From Chiloscyllium plagiosum (Eukaryota): 64,000 nt of DNA. Both the position numbers and the translations under genes were made by a program. Every line of letters starts with the position of its first letter. The first letter of the stretch is position 1. This document shows, one piece after another, positions 1 through 11,500 of the stretch. The notes under the pieces are model-generated. The model saw only the letters and a list, made by a program, of their open reading frames with translations, was not told where the DNA came from and did not search any database. The stretch is taken from NCBI RefSeq assembly GCF_004010195.1, contig NC_057760.1, positions 3,497,440 to 3,561,439 of the forward strand. Direction: 5' to 3'.

Positions 1-790
1 GGATTCACTCGATCTATCCTGTCTATACCTTACATATGCTTCCTTCTTTTTCTTAACCAAACCCTCAATTTCTTTAGTCATCCAGCATTCCCTATACCTA
101 CCAGCCTTCCCTTTCACCCTGACAGGAATATACTTTCTCTCAGCCTTTTTCTCTCGAAAGAGAACAGTACCTACGTTTTCAATCTATTCTTATAACTGAA
201 GATTCTAATTCCTGGCACCATTCTTGTAAATCACTTCTTAAATCTCTCCAGTCCATTCAAATATTTCCTTTAATGGGCAGCCAACAACTGTACACAATAG
301 ACCAGCTGAGGTCTAACAGGTACAAGTTCAACATCATCTCCTGCTCTTATACTCTATGCTCCTATTAGTAAAGCTGGGAATGTTGCAAGTATTATTAACT
401 GTTCTCTTCACTTGTCCTGCCAGCTTTAGTGATCTGTGAACACATATACCCAGATCTGTCTGCTCCTGTACCAGCTTTGGAATTGTAGCCCCTAATCTAT
501 ATTGTCTTTCAACGTTCCTCTGACCAAAGTGCATCACCTCACACTCCGCTGCATTGAGCCTTGTCTGCTACCTAACTGTCCATTTCACCAACTTGTCACT
601 GTCCTTCTGAAATTCTACTCTGTCCTTATCACAGTTTATAATTCTTTCATGTTTGGTGTCATCTGCAAGCTTTGAAATTTTCCCTATATCCAGATCGTTA
701 ATATTTATCAGGAAAACCAAGAGTCCCCTGGGAAATTTGGCTACAAACCTTCCCCCATCCCAAGAAATATCTATTGGCCATGCCTCTCTG
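1..790 (-). mobile_element. CR1-clade LINE fragments
   Basis: 1-140 resembles LINE sequence at 21828-21905; 150-790 is a decayed RT/3' region. Confidence 0.65.
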
Positions 791-799
791 AGTAATTAT

Positions 800-1685
800 T
801 AAGGATTATCCATTGGGACAGGAGTAAATAGGCACCTGGAGAAATGGATTGTGCATAATGGGCATGATGTGGAAGAGAACTGGTCCAATGGAATTATGTG
901 AGGGAGTGAATAAGGAGGGATCTGGTGTGATAGTAGTTAAATAAAAGGGATCTGATTAATTAGGATTTTGTGTGATGAGAGGAAAGAGGAATCTGGTCCA
1001 CTGGGATTCTGCATGATGGGAATAAATAAGAACTTGGTTCATTGGGATTCTTTATAATCAGAGTGAAAAGAGATCTGCTCCATTGAAATTCTGAATGATG
1101 GGTATGATTGGGAACGGATCTGGTACATTCAGATTCTATCTGATGAGCAATACACTATATACAATTCTGATCCAGAGGGATTCTGTGGCATGATGTGGAA
1201 GCGTTCTGGTCTTTTCACATTCCATATGATGGGAGTGATTAGAAAGAAATCTGGTCCATTGGGATTCTTCGGATGGGCATGATTAAAAAGGAATATTGTT
1301 TGTTTTAACTCTCTATAATTGGTGTGATAAGGAAGTTATCTGGCACATTAGGATTTTGTATAATAAATGAGTAGAGATTTGGTCCATTGAGATTCTGTAT
1401 GGTGATTGTGAAGAGGGATTCAGTGCAGTGAGTGAGTGGGAAATCTATGGGTCATTGAGATTCTGTACGGTGATTGTGAAGAGGGATTCAGTGCAGTGAG
1501 TGAGTGGGAAATCTATGGGTCACTGAGATTCTGTACGGTGATTGTGAAGAGGGATTCAGTGCAGTGAGTGAGTGGGAAATCTATGGGTCATTGAGATTCT
1601 GTAGGATTATGATGAATTTGAAGGGATCTAGTCTATTGGCATTCTGTGTGATACAAGTGGCCTGGAAAGAGTTTGATCTATTGCA
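800..1685. repeat. Degenerate ~43-bp tandem array, with a near-perfect 68-bp x3.2 block at 1385-1603
   Basis: Recurrent gatctggtccattgggattctgtatgatggg; ca(t/c)tgagattctgta recurs at 1385, 1453, 1521 and 1589. Confidence 0.8.
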
Positions 1686-1689
1686 TCAC

Positions 1690-1998
1690 GGCACGATAGC
1701 TCAGTGGTTAGCACTGCTGCCTCACAGCACCAGGGTCCCAGGTTCTATTCGAGCCTCGGGCAACTGTCTGTGTGGTGTTTGCACATTCTCCCAGTGTCTG
1801 CGTGGGTTTCCTCCGGGTGCTCCGGTTTCCTCCCACAGTCACAAAGATGTGCAGGTCAGGTGGATTGTCCATGCCAAATTGTCCATACTGTTAGGTGCAT
1901 TAGTCACAGGGAAATGGGTCTGGGTGGGTTACTCTTTGGAGGGTCGGTGTGGACTGGTTGGGCCAAAGGGCCTGTTTCCACACTGTAGGGGATCTAAG
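1690..1998 (+). mobile_element. HE1-type tRNA-derived SINE
   Basis: tRNA-like head (gctcagtggttagcactgctgcctcacagc...ggttctattcg), central core gggtttcctccgggtgctccggtttcctccca, CR1-like tail. Confidence 0.9.
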
Positions 1999-2279
1999 TT
2001 TCAATTGTGTCAGTTTCACAGCAGTGCATTTTAAACGTTTAATATGACCTAAATTTTATATTATTATTGTGAACGTTTATTTTACCAGAATTGTCTTTGT
2101 TCAACAGAGAAAATACGTAGACAGGCGAATACAGAGAAGGATTCATCGCAGAAGTGCAAAGTGATGTGAGTGGTACAGAAGGCACAGGTGGAACAACATC
2201 TATTATTGAATAATGTTTCTTCGCACTGTTTTCCTGAAATATCTTTTAAAATAAATTGATTTATAAGTATAAGTTTCAA

Positions 2280-2460
2280 TTTTTGAGAAGATTTGTAGCT
2301 CAGTTTCAGGTTCAGGTTGTAAGTTTGCTCGCTGAGCTGGAAGGTTTGTTCTCAGATGTTTCGTCACCATGCTACGTAATATTATCAGTGAGCCTCCGTG
2401 TTCTGTTCCACTTTCTATTTATGTGTTTTGGTCTGTTAAAGTGGGTGATATCACTTCAGA
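2280..2460 (-). mobile_element. Penelope-like element 3' fragment with decayed hammerhead core
   Basis: Same family as 45098-45290; reverse strand reads ctgataat...gacgaaacatc. Confidence 0.6.
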
Positions 2461-3149
2461 GTAAAAAATATTAAAACAAAGGCACATCACCAACACTTTG
2501 ACAATCATAGTCCATAAGATGAAACCATTTGAATTATGTAAGGCTAGTGCTCAGGGTTTTGACCCTGCTGGGTTTTGATTGGTTCTGATGGATATCATTT
2601 TTATTTTTGAGAGGAGTCAAGTGTTATAAAATTAAGAGCCTTCTAACCTGCACGTAAATTGATTAAATTAAGCGAGACTGAATAAAAATGAAGTTAATTG
2701 CCTTTTGAACACCATTACATTGCAACATCAATCCAGGGAAGGGCTACTCTGTAAACCCTTGTGAACCAAGAAAATCCCAGAATAGCTCTGATAACTTCTA
2801 ACTTGTTACATGTTACCTCGGTGTCCTAGCACTTAAAGTTCCACTAAAGCAAATGATGCACCGTATACTAAGCAGAAATGTCTATTTCAGATTATTATCC
2901 TCTTTCCTGTTAAAACAAAAAAAAACCAAACATTTTGTTCAAAGTGAAATTTGCTGTTGCAAATGGCTGTCACCAGGATGCCTTCTGTAAATCACAATCT
3001 GGTAACCAAGCTTCAGATACAAGTCTGCAGACCCAAGTCTTCACCTGAGTTCTCTCACACAGCTTCAGATACACTAATGTATGGAGACACTCAGCAGCTT
3101 ACATAGGAACAGTCTGGATGGAACTTTATTCAAGTCAATGTTGGACGAG

Positions 3150-3450
3150 TCATGGGAGTGTTTGATGGGAACGGTGTGAAGGCTCTCTAACCTCTGGTAT
3201 ACCTGTCCTGGGAGTACCTGATGGGGATAGTGTAGAGAGAGCTTTACTCTTTATCTTATCTGTGCTGTATCTGTCCTGGGAGTGTTTGATGAAGACAGTT
3301 TTGAAGGAGTTTTACTTATTATCCAGCACTATGTTGTACCTAGAGTGAGCATTACTCTGCATCTAGCCCCGTGCTGTACCTACCTTATGAGCATTTGATG
3401 GGACAGGAAAGCTAAGTTTATCCTCTAGCTAAACACATTCTATTCCAAGT
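3150..3450. repeat. Degenerate ~67-bp tandem repeat (cctgtcctgggagtgtttgatggggacagtgtagagggagctttactct...)
   Basis: About 4-5 diverged units visible. Confidence 0.7.
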
Positions 3451-3734
3451 TGATAGTGTTTACATTAAACCTGGAATAATGTTCTCATCTAGATCAAGTT
3501 TTGTGTTGTTTGTCATGATGGTTAGAAAAATTCCTATTCTTATAAGGTATAGCATTTTGAGGAACTTTATTTGGTGTTTTCTTGGTAAAATTGTGGGGTT
3601 TAGTTTCTTACTATGACGTTTTGAAGTGTTTTGACTTGAGGGATAAACACAAACTGGTTTAGAATACAGTCACAAAAATGGAAAATAGGCAGCCTCATCG
3701 CTGCCCTGTTAGCTCTATTAGGATTCAGGTTCTC

Positions 3735-3835
3735 AAACAAAAAAACAAATTGCTGGAAAAACTCAGCAGGTCTGACAGCATCTGCGGAGAGAAAGCAGAG
3801 TTAATGTTTCAAATCCAGTGACCGTGCTTCAGACT
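3735..3835 (-). mobile_element. Older Penelope-derived short element
   Basis: ttgctggaaaaactcagcaggtctgacagcatctg...cttcag; same family as 5157-5345, 53060-53155, 55140-55260 and 58230-58345. Confidence 0.6.
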
Positions 3836-4453
3836 TGATGGTAGATGGGTTAATATTTATGCAGAAGGTGGGGTGGAGGCATGGGGTGAGAGGAAAAGGA
3901 TGAGTAGAAACAGAGCCCGAAGAGAGAGAAACACAGTTGGATAGACAAAGGAGGGGTTAAAGATAAAAAAGGAATAGCTGCTTAATGGGGCTTTTAGTGG
4001 CTGACAGTGTGGTTATATGTGGTAGCAGCCCATGTGATGACAAGGCCTGGTGTGTGGGGATAAGGTGGGCCTGGATGGTTCCGTAATCTAACATTGATTT
4101 TTATTTTAGTTCTTAATCCAAATGTTTGCTTCTTGTTGACAGATCCATACTTCAATGATGGGTCAGGATTCTAGTGCAACCTCGAAAGCACCGGTTCTCT
4201 AAGATCCTGACAAAGACGTTTGTTTATCTGTCCGAGCTATTGATAGATCTAAATATTTCCAGATATTTTTTGTTGTTTTCTGCATTTCAGAATTTTACAA
4301 GTTTTTTTTTAATGTGGGCAGGAAGAAACCTATTTCCTTTGTCATCTGTGCATTAATTGTAGGATCACACAGGGTTCCTCTCTGTGTGGTTGAGCGCTTC
4401 ATTTTGATTGCAGCTGATGGTTTTTTCAGGTGTTGTTTGTCCTCTAGATTCTT

Positions 4454-4811
4454 GGTGGCAGGGTGGCACAGTAGTTAGCGCTACTGCCTCAGCGCTGGGG
4501 ACCCAGGTTCAATTCCACCCTCGTGTGACTCTCTCTGTGGAGTTTGCACATTCTCCCCCATGTCTGTGTTGGCTTCCTCCGGGTGCTCCGGTTTCCTCCC
4601 ACAGGCCAAAGATGTGTAGATGAATTGACCAAAGCTAAATTGCCGGTAGTCTTCAGGGATTTGTAGGTTAGGTGCATTAGTTAGGGAAAATGTAGAGTAA
4701 TAGGGTAGGGGAATAGGTCTGGGTGGGATACTCTTCGGAGGGCCAGTGTGGACTTGTTGGGTCAAATGGCCTGTTTCCATGCTTTAGGGATTCTATGATT
4801 CTATTCTAATC
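4454..4811 (+). mobile_element. HE1-type SINE
   Basis: Full head, core and ttctatgattctat tail. Confidence 0.9.
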
Positions 4812-5065
4812 TGCACGTTAAAGGTCCAATAGTACTATTTGAAGACAGGCAGGTGAGTTCTCCCCTATAGTGGTCAATACTGAGCTCTTCAAAATATGGT
4901 TAAAACAGATTATCTGGTTATTAATTAATTTTTGGATGTTTGTTGTATACAAGGTGAATACACTATTTTCCTACGTAATACTACTGATTACACTTCAAAA
5001 CAAAATTCTTAATTGGCTGTGAAGTTTCTAGGAAGTCCTGAGGTTGTGAAATATGCTATAGAAAA
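4812..5065 (+). mobile_element. Ancient Deu-domain SINE (SacSINE1/AmnSINE1-like) 3' part
   Basis: Recognisable motifs actatttgaagacaggcaggtgagttctcccc, aaaacagattatctgg, acacttcaaaa, attggctgtgaag, gtcctgaggttgtgaaa; recognised from memory of the consensus. Confidence 0.6.
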
Positions 5066-5156
5066 ATCGTAAAAAGAAAAGTAGCACTCAATATTTAGGT
5101 AACACAGTTTCGGTTTTAGATTGGAGACAGAAGACAGGGCAAGTAAAGGTTCCCAC

Positions 5157-5345
5157 ACAAAAGCAGAAATTGCTGGAGAAACTCAACAGGTCTGGCAACA
5201 TCAGTGGAGAGAAAGCTGAGTTTCTGTTTTGAGAAGGATCACTGGACTCAAAATGTTAACTCTACTTTCTCTCCACAGATGCTGCCAAACCTGCAGAGTT
5301 TCTCCAATAATTCCTGTTTTGTTTCAGATTTCCAGCGTGCAGTTG
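5157..5345. mobile_element. Palindromic Penelope-derived element
   Basis: Imperfect inverted arms 5157-5222 and 5258-5322. Confidence 0.65.
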
Positions 5346-5629
5346 TTTTATTAAAGAATCCCATAGTTTGCATGAAGTGTGAGGGATTTGAGGAGTTTAG
5401 CAGTTTTAGGCAAGGCTGAGGGACAGTAGGAGTTAGCTTAAGATCCAAGCAATTATGAGCTTAATGAGGGGAATGACAATTGTAGAGTTAGTTCTTCAGC
5501 ACAAGTCTCTGAACTTACAAAATTCTAATGTTCTTATTTTGCTGTTTCTTAAATGAGTGCGGTGTCCCAGTGACAATTATCTACCCTTGCAAACCCCTCT
5601 AACCATTTGTCATTTTCATGTCAAAGATG

Positions 5630-6370
5630 CTAACTCAGAATCTTTGGTGAACATCTGCAGTGCATTTTGTAGCTAGAACACTGCTTCTCCTGAATGTCAG
5701 TGGTAGAAGGAGTGGATGCTTGTGGATGTAGTGCCAAACAACTGGGCTGTTTTGTCCTGGATGGTGTCAATCTTCTCAAATGTTGTTAAAGCTGCACTCA
5801 TCCAAGCAAGTGGGGAGTGTTCCATTACACCCCTGACTTGTGCCTTGTTGATGATGGACAGGCTTTGGGGAGACAGGAGGTGAGTTTCTCTGTGCAGGAT
5901 GTTTAGCGTGTAACCTGCTTTTGTGGTCACAGTGCTTATATGGCTAGTTCAGTTTCTGATCAATGGTAATTCACAGAGTATTGGTAGAGCAGATTCAGTG
6001 ATTGTAATGTCATTAAATGTCATGAGGTGATGGCCAGATTCTGTGTTGTTGGAGATTGTCATTGCTTGGCTCTCATGTGGTACAAATATTACTTACCACC
6101 TGACTGCCCAAATCTGATATACCAATTGCCCAGATCTTACCACATTTGGACATGGGCTGCTTCAGTATCACTTCTGTCTTTACGATGGGGAGATAGTTGT
6201 GGATGAAACAGCTGAAGGTGGCTGGGCAAGTGACTGTATCCTGAGGAACTCTGACACCAATGTTCTAGAGCTGAGATGACTGATTTCCAACAACCACAAT
6301 CATTTTTCTTTCAGCTCACCCAGGGAACAGTTTGCCTCCTGATTTGCATTTACTGTAATTTTGCTGGGGC
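5630..6370 (-). mobile_element. LINE (CR1/L2 group, second family) RT/3' fragment
   Basis: ORF 5697-5930 KAQVRGVMEHSPLAWMSA...LDTIQDK-type C-terminal RT-LINE motif. Confidence 0.75.
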
Positions 6371-6377
6371 TCATTAA

Positions 6378-6825
6378 GCTTTTGGAGTACTGCATGCAAT
6401 TCTGGATTCCCTGCTATCGGAAGGATGTTGTGAAACTTGAAAGGGTTCAGAAAAGATTTAAAAGGATGTTGCCAGGGTTGGAGGGTTTGAGCTATAGGGA
6501 TTAGATTAGATTCCCGACAGTGTGGAAACAGGCCCTTCAGCCCACCAAGTCCACACTGACCCTCCGAAGAGTAACCCACCCAGACCCATTCCCTTACCCT
6601 ATATTTACTCCTGACTGACGTACCTAAAACTATGGTCAATTTATCATGGCTAATTCACCTGATCTGCACACCATTGGATCGTTGGAGGAAACTGGAGCAC
6701 CCGGAGGAAACCCAGCAGATCAAGGGGAGAATGAGGGGCACGGATAGAGTAAATAGACAAGGTCTTTTCTCCGGGGTAGGGCAAGTCCAAAACTAGAGGG
6801 CACAGGCTTAAGGTGAGAGGGAAAA
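6378..6825. mobile_element. HER1/CR1 3' fragment (+) interrupted by a partial HE1 SINE (6499-6731, -)
   Basis: LEYCMQFW...LERVQKRF-type coding DNA resumes after the SINE. Confidence 0.8.
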
Positions 6826-8547
6826 GAGTCAGGAGGTTAGTTTCTCAGTGTGGGATTCTTAGCGTGTAACCTGCTTTTGTAGTCATAGTCCTTATATTTC
6901 CCTTCCCAACCCTGCAGTGTTCTTTCCCCTTCAACAACTCTCCCCACATATCCCAGTTCTCCAAAGTAATTCTTGTCATTCTTTAATTAGCTTCACTAGA
7001 GACTGTGATGGTCCCCTAAATCCTTCTGTTAAATAAGTTAGCATGGTGCACTCTATTTGAGTGCAGTTCCCCATTTCTCATCCAGATAATTTTTAAAAAC
7101 ATAGGTGCTTTTTTTAAAATTGCTAATATGTTAATCGAGTGTAACACAACAGTCGAACAGGGTTGGAGATGGAGAGAAACAAGATGAACATGGCTTGTGC
7201 TGTCCCTTACAAAATCAGCTCCGATTCCAATTACCACCTGTCTTATTTAATTATCTCATCGAGCACATTACATGCTACAACTGACATCTGCTCTTAGGGG
7301 AATGAATAAGAACAATTTTGGTTCCAGCTTCTCATTCCAATCCAGTGATCTTTGGTGGAAAATGTCAGATAAGGATAAGATGCCTTTAGGTGTGATATTA
7401 TCACGGTTAAAAAAACCTGATGATGCTCAGTGTTTGAGTTGAGTGATGTACTGGAGGGTATTTAATCCCTACGGATTTCTATCTATCTCCACAAGGAATT
7501 AATGCCTTCAAGAGAGATGGGAAGAGATGAAAATTACTTCATAAAGGATCTGACATTCTGTTCAAGTGGAGTTGAGGATAGGGAATCAGCCTGAAGGATG
7601 TTCACTTATTAATGAACTTGGATTTCCAATGTTATTGGACTAGAAACTGGTTGAGGAACCTGGCGTGCACCAGAAGAAAATGAGGGCAGATGCCTGTTCA
7701 AATCGCTTTTCCCCTTTGCTAAAGGATGGTGGAACTCAGGTTCGGGATTGAAGACAGCACTGTTCCATGTAAAAGAGCGGTGATTGATTTCAAAGATCTT
7801 TATATAAGCAGGATTCAACTTGAGACCTGTCTCTTTCATATTTACCAACTTTTTATTCATTTTATAATTTGGTAAACTCTGTATTCTCAAACTGTTTGGA
7901 GAATATTTCACTTCTAACCAAATAATTTTCTGGTAAATAGGATATGCTCAAATCCCATGGTATCAGTCGTCTTATCCTTTCACCAGTGGAGAGCAGGCAA
8001 AGGACAATTGAAGCTACATGTTATTTATCCATATGATAATGCACAGATGTAGCACATTGAAACTCAAAAGTACAATGAGTTATTTTATAACAGCCAATTG
8101 CAAATGATTTCCTTTAACTACATATGTCATTTCCAGTGACATGTATGAAGATTTCATCATTTTAGAAATGCTTCTTTAAAAACTTTCAAAGGTTTTGGAG
8201 ATAGTTGACTTGTCACCTCTCTGCAGAAGAAACTCCCTTGTGTTGGATTCGGATATTACTGCAGTGCCACTTAGACTGAGTTCTCCACGTATTTATCAAC
8301 GTCTGTTCTTTGGTCTGCCATCTAGACAATTATTTCACTGCATATCTCCTAATGACTTGTCTTCCTTGTTGTAGCTATTTGTTATTTGCAGAGTTGCTGC
8401 TGATCTGCATTTTGATTAGACCAACTGGTAGAAATCAAAGGGCTTTTTTCAAGGTTTTGGTCCAAAACTTTAAGCTGCTGTAGCTTTTCATTTTGGTCGG
8501 CTGCATGTCCTTCTCTGATGATTGGCTTTAGAGAATTGTGAACTGCG

Positions 8548-11500
8548 TCACGGTTTTGTAATGTTAATAAGTTGAGTTTTGTGACGGGACATATAGGGAG
8601 ACTTTGCAGAACTTTGAGAAGATAAAAAAGGCCTTCCGTTTGAAGAAAAGTAGGCAGATTTCAAAGCTCTACTAGAATTAGGAGCCTTGTTTATCTGACT
8701 GTGGGAAAATGTTTGGGGTTTCCTCATCATGGAATTAATTTTAGTGGGTTTGTGGAGAAAGTTTGGTGGCCTTCTGTATTTAAGGGTAATAGGAATAGGA
8801 TCATTAGAAGGATCTGGAGACCTGTTAGGGAATGGTATCGATAACCTTCTGTTAACAGGAGCTGTTAGAGAGAGATTACGAGGTTTTAATAAATTCCTAT
8901 TGATAAGGGTATTTGGAGAGTTAATACGAGGAATCCATGGTATTTGTTCTTTAACAGGAGTAATGTAAGGGGGTTGAACAAAAAACACCGAGGTTACTTT
9001 ATTCACAGGAGCATTTGGAGTGGGATTGTGAGAAGGTGAAATTCTCCTATGTAAGACGACAGGTGGAGTGGGCAGAGGCATAGATTTCCTATTCTCAGAG
9101 GCAAATGGACTGGGATTGTGAGAAGGGTTTGATTTCCTATTGACAGGAGTATTAGGAGTGCGACTATAAGAATGGTTATTTGTTCGCCTGTTGACAGAGA
9201 TATTTGGAGTGGGACTGTAAGAACGGTTTGTTCTCCGATTGACAGGAGTATTGGGAGTGGGACTGTAAGAACGGTTAGTTGTTCTGTTCATGGGGGTATT
9301 TGGAGTAAGATTGTAAGAATGGTTTGATGTTCTCCGATTGATAGGAATATTTGCAGTGGGATAGTAAGGACGGTTTGTTGTTCTGTTGACAGGAGTATTT
9401 GGCGTGGGACTGTAAGAANNNNNNNNNNNNNNNNNNNNNNNNNNNNNNNNNNNNNNNNNNNNNNNNNNNNNNNNNNNNNNNNNNNNNNNNNNNNNNNNNN
9501 NNNNNNNNNNNNNNNNNNNNNNNNNNNNNNNNNNNNNNNNNNNNNNNNNNNNNNNNNNNNNNNNNNNNNNNNNNNNNNNNNNNNNNNNNNNNNNNNNNNN
9601 NNNNNNNNNNNNNNNNNNAGTTGTTCGTCTGTTGACAGGGGTATTTGGCGTGGGACTGTAAGGACGGTTAGTTGTTCTATTGACAGAGGTATTTGGCGTG
9701 GGACTGTAAGAACGGTTAGTTGTTCTATTGACAGGGGTATTTGGCGTGGGACTGTAAGAACGGTTAGTTGTTCTATTGACAGGGGTATTTGGCGTGGGAC
9801 TGTAAGAACGGTTAGTTGTTCTATTGACAGGGGTATTTGGCATGGGACTGTAAGAACGGTTAGTTGTTCTATTGACAGGGGTATTGGGACTGTAAGAACG
9901 GTTAGTTGTTCTATTGACAGGGGTATTTGGCGTGGGACTGTAAGAACGGATAGTTGTTCTATTGACAGGGGTATTTGGCGTGGGACTGTAGGAATGGTTT
10001 GATGATTTTCTATTCACTATGGTTGTAGTGGGATTGTAGGAATGATTTGAAGTTCTCTTCTTAATAGAATCTGTTGGGTTGGGAATATAAGACGAATTTG
10101 AAAATCTAGTTTTAGAAGTGTTTTGGTTATGAATTTCATTAAACCCTGGAATCTGTTGACCATTTGAACCACTCAGAATTGTTGAGAATGTTCTATTCAC
10201 AGGAGTAGTTGGAATAGGATTGCCAGAAGGTATTGAAGTTTTCTTATTCACAGGGGCAGCTGGAAGTTTATTGTGGGAAGGTTTTGAAGTTTTCTTATTC
10301 ATCAATATAGTTGAAGTTGGCTTGCGGGAACCCTTTGTAGATAATCTATTCACTGGGGTAATATGAGTGAAACTGTTGGATGGTGAAAATCTATACTTAG
10401 GGACTTTTGGAGAATGAATTTGATATAAGTGTCGGGTTTTTTGATGCATGGGAGACATTTTATGGTGTTCTTGGGGAGGGGTTGAAGGTTTCCTATTTGC
10501 AACAGCAATTAAAGAGGCAACATAAGGGTTTGAAGCTTTATTTGTAAGTACTTTTGGTGAATATTCATGATGAAACTGTACGACTTGTCTATCACCCAAT
10601 GTAGGTTGAGAAAAGCTATTTGAGAACTTAGGGGTTACCATATTCACAGGTGCATTATGGCTAAAAATATGAGGGCTTATCGGAAGTCTGCTATTTTCAG
10701 CAGCAGTTGGACTGGGATAATGGGAAAGGATTGGTGAGGTATTTTTACGGCGCTTTGAAGGATGAGTGTAATGAAAACGTGGAATTTGTCTGTTTGTAGC
10801 TTGAGGAGGAACAATGGACACCTTTGGCGATACAATATTCATAAAGGCAGTCGGATTGGGATAATGTGAAGGGTTTGGTGAGCTATTTTTCTGTATATTT
10901 GGAACATGAGTGCTATGAAATTGTGGAATTTGTCTATTGGTGAGAGTATCTTGAGGAGGAAAAATGAAAACTTCTGGAGATACTGTATTTATAGAGGCAG
11001 CTTGGCTAGGATAATGTGAAGGGTTTGGTGAGCTATTTTTCTGTCTATTTGGAATATGAGTATAATGAAAGCGTGGAATTTGTCTATTGGTGAGAGTATC
11101 TTGAGGAACAATGAACACCTTTGGCGATACAATATTCATAGAGGCTGTCGGATTGGGATAATGTGAAGGGTTTGGTGAGCTATTTTTCTGTAGAGTTGGC
11201 GCATGAGTAGAATGAAACTGTGGAATTTGTACATTCTTAATATCTTGAGAAGGAACAATGAAAAACTTTGGCAATACTATATTCGTAGGGGTAGTTTGAC
11301 TGGGATTAGAAGGGCTCGGTGAGCTATTTTCCTGGATATTTGGAATATGAGTATAATGAAACTGTGGAATTTGTCTATTAACAGTATCTTGAGGAGGAAG
11401 AATGAAAATCTTTGAAGACACTATATTCATAGGGGCAATTGGACTGGGATTATGTGAAGGGTTTGGTGAGGTATTTTTGCGCATATTTGGAGGACGAATA

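Noticed and set aside
1690..1770. tRNA genes at SINE heads (also 30355, 47768, 52142 and others)
   Set aside because: A/B-box heads run into the SINE body and LINE-like tail; they are not stand-alone tRNAs.
1504..2034. 176-aa ORF and similar ORFs (4481-4780, 24525-24824, 47742-48047, 54868-55287)
   Set aside because: Chance translations of HE1 SINE or minisatellite DNA, recurring wherever the SINE occurs.
9130..10016. RNA polymerase II CTD (POLR2A)
   Set aside because: The period is 16 aa, not the YSPTSPS heptad, and there are no polymerase domains.
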